From contig JBKAGE010000051.1 in NCBI GenBank assembly GCA_046290225.1, positions 1 through 64,000 on the forward strand: 64,000 nucleotides of DNA. The letters are read 5' to 3'. The notes under the pieces are model-generated. The model was given only the letters and a program-made list of their open reading frames with translations. It was not told where the DNA came from and made no database searches. Shown here piece by piece: positions 27,349 to 36,456 of the stretch (the stretch's first letter is position 1; each line of letters begins with the position of its first letter). The DNA is from Bradymonadia bacterium. Lineage in GTDB: Bacteria; Myxococcota_A; Bradymonadia; UBA7976; UBA1532. A program made the position numbers and the translations under genes.

Positions 27349-29625
27349 TCAACGCGCCCGGAAGACCTGGCTTTCCCAGCCGAAGGAGGCGCCACCACCG
27401 GTGAAGATGGCGAGGCGGACCTGTACGGGGAGGATGTACGACGCGGCGATGCCGTTGAGGCTGTTGCTGTTGATGCTGCTCTGACCGGTGACGATGGAGT
27501 TCGCCGCCGTCGTGTGCCAGAGGTAGTGCGCCGATGCGGAGCCGCCCTGAGGCCACGAGCCGCTGCTGCCGCCGCACTGCCCGTCCTCACCGGGCGTCAG
27601 CAGGAACCACGTGCCGGCCTCGTTCTGGATGTAGACCTCGTGGCCGCCGCCGCTGCCGTTCTGGAAGTTGCCGTTGTCGTCGTCCGAGGTGGTGGTCACC
27701 ATGCGGGTGTCCACGCTCAGCTCGGTGAGCTGGGTGCGCAGAGCGCTGATCTCGGCGGCGCTGTACGTGGACCCGTTGGCGGGGTTTTCGTACGTCAGGG
27801 TCCGGTAGAGATCGTGGCTGCCGTTGGGGGAGCTGTCTGCAGAGACAGAGCCTTCGCTGATCCAGTCGTAGTGGGTTGCCGAGTCGTCGGCGCATTTCCG
27901 CCACGGGTTGCTGCTGTGATACTCGGCGACGATGATGTCCTGACTCTCCGTTGTGGAGAGGCGCACCCAGCCGCCGCCGTCGGTGGTCATGTCGCAGTCG
28001 ACGATGAAGGGATCGACGCCGCCGAGGCCATCAGGGTCGATGGTGTAGAGGCCGTCGCCGATATTGTCCACGTAGGCGTAAGGCTCTTCAGGGGGGTTGC
28101 GGTAGTCGGCGCAGCTGGCGGCGTAGGTGTTGTCCGCCCACTCCCGAGCGCCCGTGTCGATGTCGATGATGAGCCCGGTCTCGCAGTCCCCAGGCACGTT
28201 GGCTTGAGGCGCGAGATCAGCAGCAACGTTGACACACTCACCGACAGTGACGTTGCCGCAGACGCGGGTCTCGCAGGTCTCCACACCGAGCTCGACGCCG
28301 GCGCCGATGGTGCTGCCCTCGCCGATGGTGCTGTCGGGGAACACGATGACGTTGTCCTCGAAGGTCACGTCGTTGCCCACGTCGGCGCCGTCACGGATGA
28401 GCACGCCGGCGCCCACAGTGACGTCATTGCCATAGGTGCTGCGAGGCCACAGGCGGCTGTTGTCACCCATGTTGAAGCCGGTGCCGATGGTGACCTGCTC
28501 GTCGATGATGCAGTCGAGCCCCACAGTGGCGCCGTCACCAACGTTGCTGCGGAACAGGACCACGCTGTTGGCGCCAATGGTGCTGTTCGCCCCCACGGAG
28601 GCCCCGTCGTACACGGTCACGTTGCCCATCAGCTGGGTGTTGGCACCGATGTTCGAGAAGAGGCTGATGGTGGATCCGGTGTGCATGCGCGCGCCATCAC
28701 CGACGATGCTCTGGTTGCCGGCGAAGGTGTTGTCGTCGAGGGTGACGTTGTTGCCCAGAGTACCGCGGACCTCGACGTTGGCGCCGAGGGTGACCATGTT
28801 GCCGGCGTTGGCTCCGGAGGCCAGCTGAGAGCCGGCGCCCATCATGAAGTCGTCGCCGATGGTGTTGTAGTTGTGCAGCGTGCTGTCGTTGCCGAGGGTG
28901 GCGCGGTGGCCAATGAGGCTGTTGGGTCCGATGATCACCCGCTCGCCGGCGATGAAGTCGTCACCGGCGGTGGTGTTGCTGGCGATCTGAGTGCCGGTGC
29001 CGAGGGCGGCGCGATCCCCGATGATGGTGTTCGAGCCGATGTTGGTGTTGTCGGGTACGGTGCCGTCAGCCCCGATGCGCGCCAGGGCGCCGAGATCGAC
29101 GTTGTTGCCGATGGCGGTGTCGTCGCCGATGACGACGTTGTTGCCCACGGTGCTGTTGGCGCCGATGGTGACGCCACTGCCGAGCTGTACGCGGATGCCC
29201 ACGGAGGTGCCTGCGCCGATGCCGACGTTGTCGCCGATGACGGCGGCGTTGCCCACAGAGGCACCGAGGCTCACGGTGCTGCCGGCGCCGATGGCGGCGG
29301 AGCTGCCCACGTTGCCATTGACCACGCTGCCCATGCCGATACGGGCGTTTGATCCCACGACGCCGGTGGCACCGATGATGGCGCCGAGCTCGACCTGAGC
29401 GCTGGCATCGATGGTGGCATCAGGGCTCACACAGTCATCGCCGAAGCCGTCGCCGTTGTTGTCCACCTGGTCGACGTTGGACACGGTGGGGCAGTTGTCG
29501 ACATCATCACAGATGGTGTCGCCGTCTTCGTCTGCACACTGGCCCTGTGCCCAAACGCTGGTGCTTACACACATCGTGGCCATGAACACACTTCGGCTCA
29601 TCCATCGCTTCATCGGATTACCCAT
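27349..29625 (-). CDS. Secreted protein: TSP3 repeat + long left-handed beta-helix + fibrinogen-like (CDMxxxGGGW) domain
   Basis: GGAGG precedes ATG 29625; signal ..VWAQ; DEDGDTICDDVDNCP; about 400 aa of [IV]GxxxX hexapeptides; DGLYTIDPDG..CDMTTDGGGW. Confidence 0.8.
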   Translation of the reverse strand: MGNPMKRWMSRSVFMATMCVSTSVWAQGQCADEDGDTICDDVDNCPTVSNVDQVDNNGDGFGDDCVSPDATIDASAQVELGAIIGATGVVGSNARIGMGSVVNGNVGSSAAIGAGSTVSLGASVGNAAVIGDNVGIGAGTSVGIRVQLGSGVTIGANSTVGNNVVIGDDTAIGNNVDLGALARIGADGTVPDNTNIGSNTIIGDRAALGTGTQIASNTTAGDDFIAGERVIIGPNSLIGHRATLGNDSTLHNYNTIGDDFMMGAGSQLASGANAGNMVTLGANVEVRGTLGNNVTLDDNTFAGNQSIVGDGARMHTGSTISLFSNIGANTQLMGNVTVYDGASVGANSTIGANSVVLFRSNVGDGATVGLDCIIDEQVTIGTGFNMGDNSRLWPRSTYGNDVTVGAGVLIRDGADVGNDVTFEDNVIVFPDSTIGEGSTIGAGVELGVETCETRVCGNVTVGECVNVAADLAPQANVPGDCETGLIIDIDTGAREWADNTYAASCADYRNPPEEPYAYVDNIGDGLYTIDPDGLGGVDPFIVDCDMTTDGGGWVRLSTTESQDIIVAEYHSSNPWRKCADDSATHYDWISEGSVSADSSPNGSHDLYRTLTYENPANGSTYSAAEISALRTQLTELSVDTRMVTTTSDDDNGNFQNGSGGGHEVYIQNEAGTWFLLTPGEDGQCGGSSGSWPQGGSASAHYLWHTTAANSIVTGQSSINSNSLNGIAASYILPVQVRLAIFTGGGASFGWESQVFRAR

Positions 29626-29704
29626 CGCTACGTTTGCCTCCATTAGGTCTGATGTGTGTGAAGGTAGCTTATTTTGAGTGGGGGGAGAAGATGGGATTTT
29701 TTAA

Positions 29705-29760
29705 GAGAGTTTCGGGCACGGGCACGGGCACGGGCACGGGCACGAGTTTTACGGATGTGG
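29705..29760. repeat. (GGGCAC)5 dispersed repeat copy
   Basis: GAGAGTTTC(GGGCAC)5GAGTTTTACGGATGTGG. Confidence 0.8.
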
Positions 29761-29761
29761 G

Positions 29762-30019
29762 CAGTGCAGCCTGAGGCTGCATGTCTTGGAGCGAGTGGAG
29801 GTTGGCGTAGCCGGCCGGAGGGAGCGGAAAGACACCCGGAGGGCTGTCCACTGTTTGGCCTGACAGTGCAGCCTGAGGCTGCATGTCTTGGAGCGAGTGG
29901 AGGTTGGCGTAGCCGGCCGGAGGGAGCGGAAAGACACCCGGAGGGCTGTCCACTGTTTGGCCTGACAGTGCAGCCTGAGGCTGCATGTCTTGGAGCGAGT
30001 GGAGGGCGGCGCAGCCGGC
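29762..30019. repeat. 102-bp tandem repeat, about 2.5 copies, each with the palindrome TGCAGCCT-G-AGGCTGCA
   Basis: Units start at 29762, 29864 and 29966; the first two are identical. Confidence 0.9.
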
Positions 30020-30281
30020 TCTACTGAATGTTGTGTATCGCTCCAATGGGCTATCACTCAAACACCCAAAGTCGCCATCCAGAAAACAGAAACCCACATC
30101 AGGCCGAGCCCGCGGAGAGGCGGAGGCCCCGGTCGTGGTTGACTGCGGCGTGAGGCGTGGTGGCTGGGTGGTGATTCACCCGCAGGCGATGCTGGAAGCA
30201 TCGTCGAGGAGGGAAGCGCCGGCCAGACGCCGCGCACCGCGCCGCAGGCGACCGCGAACGGGGCCGGAGCCTCGGAGCCCA

Positions 30282-31850
30282 TCAATGCCGGAAGTGGCGT
30301 GCTCCCGTGAACACCATGGCCAGGCCCAGGCGGTTTGCGGCCTCGATCACCGCCTCGTCGCGGATCGAGCCACCGGGCTGGATGATGCTCGTCACACCTG
30401 CCGCCGCTGCGGCCTCTACCCCATCAGGGAAGGGGAAGAATGCGTCAGAGGCCAGGGCTGCACCTTGCGCCTGCTCGCCAGCGCGCTCTGCCGCGTGGCG
30501 GACTGCGTCCACCCGGTTTGTCTGGCCGCCGCCGATGCCCACCGAGGCCATCACTCCGCCGCCGAGGGGGCGGGCGATCAGGATCGCGTTCGATTTCACA
30601 TGGCGGACCGATTGCCAGGCGAAGGCCAGTGTCGCGTACTCAGATGCTTCTGGGGCGCGCTCGGTGACCACCTTCCAGGCGGCGCGATCGCTCGGGCGGT
30701 GATCCGCCTCTTGTACAAGCATACCGCCGGGGATCGCGCGGAGGTCGAAGCCGTCGAGGGGGCTTGGGCGACGGCCTTCCAGAGGGCGCATTACGCGGCA
30801 GTTCTTCTTCTTGCGGGCCAGCATCGCCAGGGCGCCTTCTGTGAACGAAGGCGCTGCGATCACCTCGACGAAGAGCTTGCCCACCGCCTCGATGAAAGAC
30901 TCGTCCACCGGACGGTTCACGGCCACGATGGAGCCGAAGGCCGACACTGGATCACTTGCCAGAGCGCCCTTGAAGGCTGAGACCGTGTCCGGGCCCGTCG
31001 CCACGCCACAAGGGCTGTTGTGCTTCACGATGGCCACCGCCGGGCCCTCGAAGCCGAAGGGGATCGGCCAGGTCGCGGCCAGATCGAGGGCGTTGTTGTA
31101 GCTTAGGGCTTTCTCGCCCTGCACCATCTCGAAGTACGGCGTGCTCCCCGCCGGTCGGTACACCGCGCCGTGTTGGTGGGGGTTCTCGCCGTAGCGCAGG
31201 GTCTGCACCTGCTCGAGGGCTACATTGATCACTGGGGGCAGGCGTTCAGTTGTGTCCTCGGCCACCGTCGAAGCCATCCAGGTAGAGATCGCCGCATCGT
31301 AGGCCGCCGTGTGGCGGAACGCCTTCAGGGCCATCTTGCGGCGGAAGGCCACCGAGCGGTCATCGTTGGCCTCGAGGCGCAGAGTCGACAGCGCTGCGTC
31401 GTAATCTGCTGGATCACACAACACCGTCACTGACTCGAGGTTCTTCGCCGCGGCGCGCAGCAGGGTCACCCCACCGATGTCGATCTGCTCGATGGCCTCT
31501 GCCTCCGTCACACCTTCTCGAGCGATGGTGTCCGTGAAGGGATAGAGGTTGCAGACCACGAGATCGATGGGGGCGAGCCCGTAGCGCTCGAGCTCACCGA
31601 GGTGCTCTGGCGTGCGGCGGGCCAGCAGGCCTCCGTGGACCGCTGGGTGCAGTGTCTTTACCCGGCCACCGAGCATTGGGGGAAAGCCTGTGAGATCATC
31701 CACCGAGATCACGTCGAAGCCGGCGGCGGCGAGGGCCTTCGCCGTGCCCCCTGAGGCGATCAGCTCGAAGCCCAGCGCGTGCAGGCCGGCACCCAGGGTC
31801 TCGATGTCGGTTTTGTCGTAGAGGCTCAGTAGAGCGCGGCGAGCGGTCAT
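30282..31850 (-). CDS. purH: Bifunctional AICAR transformylase/IMP cyclohydrolase
   Basis: Start MTARRALLS (31850); GRVKTLHP, IDIGG, LRYGENPHQ, KHNSPCG, SDAFFPF, GARHFRH. Confidence 0.95.
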   Translation of the reverse strand: MTARRALLSLYDKTDIETLGAGLHALGFELIASGGTAKALAAAGFDVISVDDLTGFPPMLGGRVKTLHPAVHGGLLARRTPEHLGELERYGLAPIDLVVCNLYPFTDTIAREGVTEAEAIEQIDIGGVTLLRAAAKNLESVTVLCDPADYDAALSTLRLEANDDRSVAFRRKMALKAFRHTAAYDAAISTWMASTVAEDTTERLPPVINVALEQVQTLRYGENPHQHGAVYRPAGSTPYFEMVQGEKALSYNNALDLAATWPIPFGFEGPAVAIVKHNSPCGVATGPDTVSAFKGALASDPVSAFGSIVAVNRPVDESFIEAVGKLFVEVIAAPSFTEGALAMLARKKKNCRVMRPLEGRRPSPLDGFDLRAIPGGMLVQEADHRPSDRAAWKVVTERAPEASEYATLAFAWQSVRHVKSNAILIARPLGGGVMASVGIGGGQTNRVDAVRHAAERAGEQAQGAALASDAFFPFPDGVEAAAAAGVTSIIQPGGSIRDEAVIEAANRLGLAMVFTGARHFRH

Positions 31851-32488
31851 GAGGTCGACTCCTCGAACAGGTTCTCTTGAACATGGTGGGTCGTCGCCAG
31901 AGCCTTGGCGACGGCCTCGACCAGGAGACGGTGCTCGACAGTGCGGATCTGTCCCTCGAGGCCTTTGAGGGTGATGCCGCGAAAGACCGGCACCGTCTCG
32001 GTGCAGAGGGTGGGCCCGGCGTCGACCTCGGGCACCACGTAATGCACCATCACACCCGTGTGATCGATTTGCTTGCGTTGGGCGGCGGCCCACGCGCGCT
32101 CGATGGCGTGGGTGCCCGGGAACGCTCCGGGCAAGGCCGGGTGCAGGTTGATCACGCGCTGAGGGAAGCGATCCAGAAAGGCCACGCTCAGGATGTGCAT
32201 CCAGCCAGCGAGCACCACCAGATCTGGCTGGTGACTGCTCACCAGTCGCGCCAGATCTGCGTCGTACGTGCTGCGGCCTCTGCCGTCCTGTGTGTACGGC
32301 TTCATGGGCATGTACTCTGTGGGGAGTCCCGCTGCCTCGGCCCGTTTCAGGCCATAGGCGCCTCGGCGATTGCTCACCACCACTGCGATCTCGGCGTCGA
32401 GGGTGCCGGTCTCGATGGCGTCGATGATCGCCTGCAGGTTGGAGCCGTTGCCCGAGATCAACACCGCAAGTCGTCTGCGGGGGGTCAT
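31847..32488 (-). CDS. purN: Phosphoribosylglycinamide formyltransferase
   Basis: LISGNGSNLQA, LAGWMHIL, INLHPALP, GVMVHYV..VDAGP. Confidence 0.95.
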   Translation of the reverse strand: MTPRRRLAVLISGNGSNLQAIIDAIETGTLDAEIAVVVSNRRGAYGLKRAEAAGLPTEYMPMKPYTQDGRGRSTYDADLARLVSSHQPDLVVLAGWMHILSVAFLDRFPQRVINLHPALPGAFPGTHAIERAWAAAQRKQIDHTGVMVHYVVPEVDAGPTLCTETVPVFRGITLKGLEGQIRTVEHRLLVEAVAKALATTHHVQENLFEESTS

Positions 32489-32501
32489 GCGTGTTCTCCG
32501 T

Positions 32502-32550
32502 TCACTTGAGCAGCACAGTCATTTCAGAAGCACGGTCATTTCAGAAGCAC
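32502..32550 (-). repeat. Three 17-bp-period copies of the purM 3' end (VLLK-stop)
   Basis: Minus strand: gtgcttctgaaatga cc gtgcttctgaaatga ct gtgctgctcaagtga. Confidence 0.8.
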
Positions 32551-34935
32551 AGGGGGATGATCCCCCCGGGGGATGATCTCGGCCACGACGGCGCCGTCGA
32601 GGCGGGCCCCGGGAGCCCCTCGGCCTGCGGCCATCAGAGTGCTCACAGTCTGTTGCCGATCAGCTGCATCGACGATGACCAGCATACCCAGACCCATGTT
32701 GAAGGTTCGGGCCATCTCGGCCTCCGAGATCTGGCCCAGGCTCTGGAGCAGCTCGAAGAGGGGGGGCACCTGCCACCCGTCGGGCTTGAACTTCATGGTC
32801 ACACCCTCTGGCAGAATGCGGGGCGGATTATCGAGCAGGCCACCGCCGGTGATGTGCACTAGGCCCTTGGGGGTGACACCTGCCGCGATGAGGGCTTTGA
32901 TCTCGTTCAGATAGCAGCGGTGGGGGGCCAGCAGGGCCTGGCCGAGGGCGGAGCCCAGGGTGGGCTCCATGCGGCGTAGATCGCGATCGGCTACGAGGGC
33001 TCGGGCGAGCGAGTAGCCATTGGTGTGCAGCCCCGAAGAGCCGAGGGCCACCACCACATCGCCCACTTCGATGGTCGCCCCGTCGATGATGGCCTCGCGC
33101 TCCACCTGGCCCACGATCGTACCCGCGATGTCGAGCTCTCCGTCGCAGTACACCCCAGGCATCTCCGCCGTCTCGCCGCCGAGCACTGCGCAGCCCACAG
33201 CACCGCACGCCTCGGCGATGCCCTGCACCACCTCGGCCACCTGCTCGGGCACCAGCTTGCTCGCAGCGACGTAGTCCAAGAAGAAGAGAGGCTCGGCCCC
33301 CTGCACGAGGATGTCGTTGATGCAGTGGTTCACCAGGTCGTAGCCCAGTCCTTTGAGCTGGCCCATCTGCGTAGCCACTCGGGTCTTCGTGCCCACGCCG
33401 TCGGTGGAAGCCACCAGCACCGGGTGACGCATGGCCTTGAGCGAGGCGCCGTCGTAGAGGCCACCAAAGGCGCCGACGCCGGCGAGCACCTCGGGACCAT
33501 GGGTGGCGCTCACTGCTGACTTCATGAGGGCCACCGCCTGGTGCCCGGCGTCGATGTTCACCCCCGCGTCGCGGTAGGTCACCGGTCGACGTGGCCCCTT
33601 GCTGAGCTGGGGGGGTCTCGAAGGGCCACCACCGATGTCGCTGCGCCACTGCACGCCGTCGAAGAAGATCGCCCCGAGGCCTGCGTAGGCGCGGTCGAGG
33701 GCCTCTGTCAGGTGGGTGCCGATGCCTGTGATGGCCAGCACCCGACCACCGCTGGTGAGCACCTGATCCGACACCACGCGAGTGCCTGCGTGGAACGCCT
33801 GTACATCAGGCAGACTCTCCAGATCGGAAAGTCCGTGAATCGGGTGTCCTGTGTGAGATTTTGCCGGGTAGCCCGGACTCGCCGCCACCACCGTCGCCGC
33901 GAAGGCATTACGCCACTGCAGGTCGATCTCGTCGAGGCGCCCGTCGAGGCACGCTTCGAAGACCTCCACCAAATCAGAGGCCAGGAGCGGCAAGATCACC
34001 TGGGTCTCCGGATCTCCGAAGCGGCAGTTGTACTCCAGGACCTTCGGGCCATCGACGGTGAGCATCAGGCCGACGTACAAGATCCCCACATAGGGGCAGC
34101 CCGCATCGGCCATGCCCTGCAGGGTGGGTGTGAGGACGGCCTGCTCGATCTGGGCGAGCTGGCTGCTGCTGAGTACGTCTGCAGGGGCGAAGGCCCCCAT
34201 CCCGCCAGTGTTGGGGCCCTCGTCGCGATCTTTGAGGCGCTTGTGGTCTCGGGCGAGGGGCATCACCTTTGCCCGGGTGCCGTCACAAAACGCCAGCACC
34301 GAGATCTCGGGGCCGTAGAGGCGCTCTTCGAGCAGCACGGTGTCACCCGCGTCTCCAAAGGCCCGCTGGTTGAGGATCAGATCGAGAGCAGCCTCTGCTT
34401 CATGGCGGTCTTTGGGGATGATGACGCCCTTGCCTGCAGCGAGGCCCGAAGCCTTCACCACCAGAGGAGAGGCGGTGTCGTGCAGGAACGCCATGGCCTC
34501 GTTGAAGTCACTGAAAGACCACGCCCGACCTGTGGGGATGCCTTGAGACTGCATGAAGCGTTTGGCGTAGGCCTTCGAGCCCTCAAGCTGAGCCGCCGAC
34601 GCCGTGGGACCGAAGCAGCGCAGCCCCGCCTCGGCGAAGCGATCGACGATGCCAGCCACCAGAGGGGCTTCCGGGCCCACCACCGTGAGATCGATGGCCT
34701 CTCGCTGAGCGTAGGCCAGCAGGCCGTCGAGATCGGTGGCCTTGAGGTCGACGTTGACGATGGGGGCCTGCTCGGCGCTGCCAGGGTGTGCGGTGCCGCC
34801 GTTGCCCGGGGCCACGTGGATCTCCGCGGCCTGTGGCGAGTGCGAAAGGGTCCAGGCCAGGGCGTGCTCTCGTCCGCCGCCGCCCACCACGAGGATCTTC
34901 TTTGTCTGCGCGTTTGAGATCGTCTGCACTGTCAT
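32536..34935 (-). CDS. purD-purM: Fused phosphoribosylamine-glycine ligase (PurD) and AIR synthetase (PurM)
   Basis: Start 34935 overlaps the purF stop. PurD: VVGGGGREH, LEGSK, GLAAGKGV, DHKRL, GPNTGGMG, RFGDPETQ. Then in frame, PurM: TYRDAGVNID, STDGVGTK, GGETAEMPG, SSGLHTNG, HITGGG, TFNMGLG. Confidence 0.93.
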   Translation of the reverse strand: MTVQTISNAQTKKILVVGGGGREHALAWTLSHSPQAAEIHVAPGNGGTAHPGSAEQAPIVNVDLKATDLDGLLAYAQREAIDLTVVGPEAPLVAGIVDRFAEAGLRCFGPTASAAQLEGSKAYAKRFMQSQGIPTGRAWSFSDFNEAMAFLHDTASPLVVKASGLAAGKGVIIPKDRHEAEAALDLILNQRAFGDAGDTVLLEERLYGPEISVLAFCDGTRAKVMPLARDHKRLKDRDEGPNTGGMGAFAPADVLSSSQLAQIEQAVLTPTLQGMADAGCPYVGILYVGLMLTVDGPKVLEYNCRFGDPETQVILPLLASDLVEVFEACLDGRLDEIDLQWRNAFAATVVAASPGYPAKSHTGHPIHGLSDLESLPDVQAFHAGTRVVSDQVLTSGGRVLAITGIGTHLTEALDRAYAGLGAIFFDGVQWRSDIGGGPSRPPQLSKGPRRPVTYRDAGVNIDAGHQAVALMKSAVSATHGPEVLAGVGAFGGLYDGASLKAMRHPVLVASTDGVGTKTRVATQMGQLKGLGYDLVNHCINDILVQGAEPLFFLDYVAASKLVPEQVAEVVQGIAEACGAVGCAVLGGETAEMPGVYCDGELDIAGTIVGQVEREAIIDGATIEVGDVVVALGSSGLHTNGYSLARALVADRDLRRMEPTLGSALGQALLAPHRCYLNEIKALIAAGVTPKGLVHITGGGLLDNPPRILPEGVTMKFKPDGWQVPPLFELLQSLGQISEAEMARTFNMGLGMLVIVDAADRQQTVSTLMAAGRGAPGARLDGAVVAEIIPRGDHPPVLLK

Positions 34936-36455
34936 TCGCCCTGAATCTGTTCGAAGGCCAGTTTGCTCTGATCGTCCGAGGTCAGCGCCTCGGGGATCTC
35001 GATGGGATAGTGTCCGGAGAAGCAGGCGCTGCAACGCCCGGAGGGCTGAGCCGGATCGAGAGGCAGGGTGGCCGACATGAGGCCCTCGTGGCTCAAGTAG
35101 GCCAGGCTGTCGGCGCCGATGTGGGCCCTGATCTCTTCGACGGTGTGCCGGTGTCCGATGAGCTCGGCGTGGGTGGCCATGTCCACCCCCATGAAGCACG
35201 GGTGCTTCACTGGCGGTGACGAGACCCGCACGTGCACTTCCGAAGCGCCACCCTCGCGGATCAAGTTCACCAGGGGGCCTACGGTGTTCCCGCGCACGAT
35301 GGAGTCGTCTACCAGGACCACCCGTTTGCCCTCGAGATTGGCCCGGAGGGGGTTGTACTTGAGCTTCACCCCGGTGCGCCGCAGGCGGTCATCGGGTTGG
35401 ATGAAGGTGCGCCCGATGTATCGATTCTTCGTGAGCCCCTCGGTGTAGGGGATCCCCGAGGCCTGGGCATAGCCGATGGCCGCTGGCGTCGCGGAGTCGG
35501 GTACACCCACCACGACGTCGGCTTCGACGGGGGCTTCGGCCCAGAGCTGAGCGCCGAGGCGCTGCCGCACGCCGTGGATGCTCTGCTCCTCAAGGGCGCT
35601 GTCGGGGCGAGCGAAGTAGACATATTCGAAGACGCACAGGGCCCGGCCCTTGGGGGCGCGCCCCTCGAAGCTCTCGAGGCCCCCGTCGCTGATGCGCACG
35701 ATCTCGCCGGGGTGCACCTCTCGGATGTATGTGGCGCCGATGGTGCCCAGCGCGCAGGACTCCGAGGCGATTACGTGGCCTCCGCCAGGGAGGGCACCCA
35801 CACACAGAGGCCTCAACCCCAGCGGATCTCGCACCCCGTAGACCCCGTCTCGGGTGAGGACCACCAGAGAGTAAGCCCCAGCGGTCCGGGCCATGAAGGC
35901 CTTGATGCGGGCCACCCAGTCGGGGCCGTGGGGCTCACCGCCTGCGGGCGGCACCGCGAGCATCTGAGTGATGACCTCGCTGTCGGAGGACGAGGTGAGG
36001 CCGACCCCGCGCTCCAGCAGCTCTCGTCGCAGCTGAGGGGCATCGGTGACGTTGCCGTTGTGGGCCACACCGAGGGGGCCGTGCAGCGTCTCGAAGACGT
36101 AGGGCTGAGTGTTGCGCAGCTTGGGGCTGCCCGTGGTGGAGTATCGGGTGTGTCCGATGCCCAGGTGTCCTTCGAGGGGGGACAGGTTCTGCTCGTTGAA
36201 CACCTGCGTCACCAGGCCCAGCCCCCGCTGAATATATGCCCGTTGCCCGTCACTCGTGGCGATGCCAGCGCTCTCCTGGCCGCGGTGCTGCAGGGCATAG
36301 AGCGCAAAGAAGGTGGTCCGGGCCACGTCGCGATCCCGGGCGTAGATGCCAAAGACCCCGCAGGCCTCCCGAGGGCGATCCAACGTGTCGTCCAGAAGGT
36401 CTGGTGTGGGCTGGTCGCGCAGCCAGGTCTCGCGCAGTCGATCGTGCGGGCTCAT
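34932..36455 (-). CDS. purF: Amidophosphoribosyltransferase
   Basis: Start MSPHD (36455); EACGVFG, LQHRGQESAG, GHTRYST, CVFEYVYFARPDS, VDDSIVRG, CSACFSG. Confidence 0.95.
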   Translation of the reverse strand: MSPHDRLRETWLRDQPTPDLLDDTLDRPREACGVFGIYARDRDVARTTFFALYALQHRGQESAGIATSDGQRAYIQRGLGLVTQVFNEQNLSPLEGHLGIGHTRYSTTGSPKLRNTQPYVFETLHGPLGVAHNGNVTDAPQLRRELLERGVGLTSSSDSEVITQMLAVPPAGGEPHGPDWVARIKAFMARTAGAYSLVVLTRDGVYGVRDPLGLRPLCVGALPGGGHVIASESCALGTIGATYIREVHPGEIVRISDGGLESFEGRAPKGRALCVFEYVYFARPDSALEEQSIHGVRQRLGAQLWAEAPVEADVVVGVPDSATPAAIGYAQASGIPYTEGLTKNRYIGRTFIQPDDRLRRTGVKLKYNPLRANLEGKRVVLVDDSIVRGNTVGPLVNLIREGGASEVHVRVSSPPVKHPCFMGVDMATHAELIGHRHTVEEIRAHIGADSLAYLSHEGLMSATLPLDPAQPSGRCSACFSGHYPIEIPEALTSDDQSKLAFEQIQGE

Positions 36456-36456
36456 C

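Noticed and set aside
29762..30019. CRISPR array (palindromic repeat at regular spacing)
   Set aside because: Inter-repeat sequences are identical, the 102-bp period is too long, and there are no cas genes
32488..32550. Programmed readthrough or repeat-mediated fusion giving trifunctional PurD-PurM-PurN
   Set aside because: purN is out of frame with the purM stop, every repeat unit carries its own TGA, and purN has its own GGAG RBS
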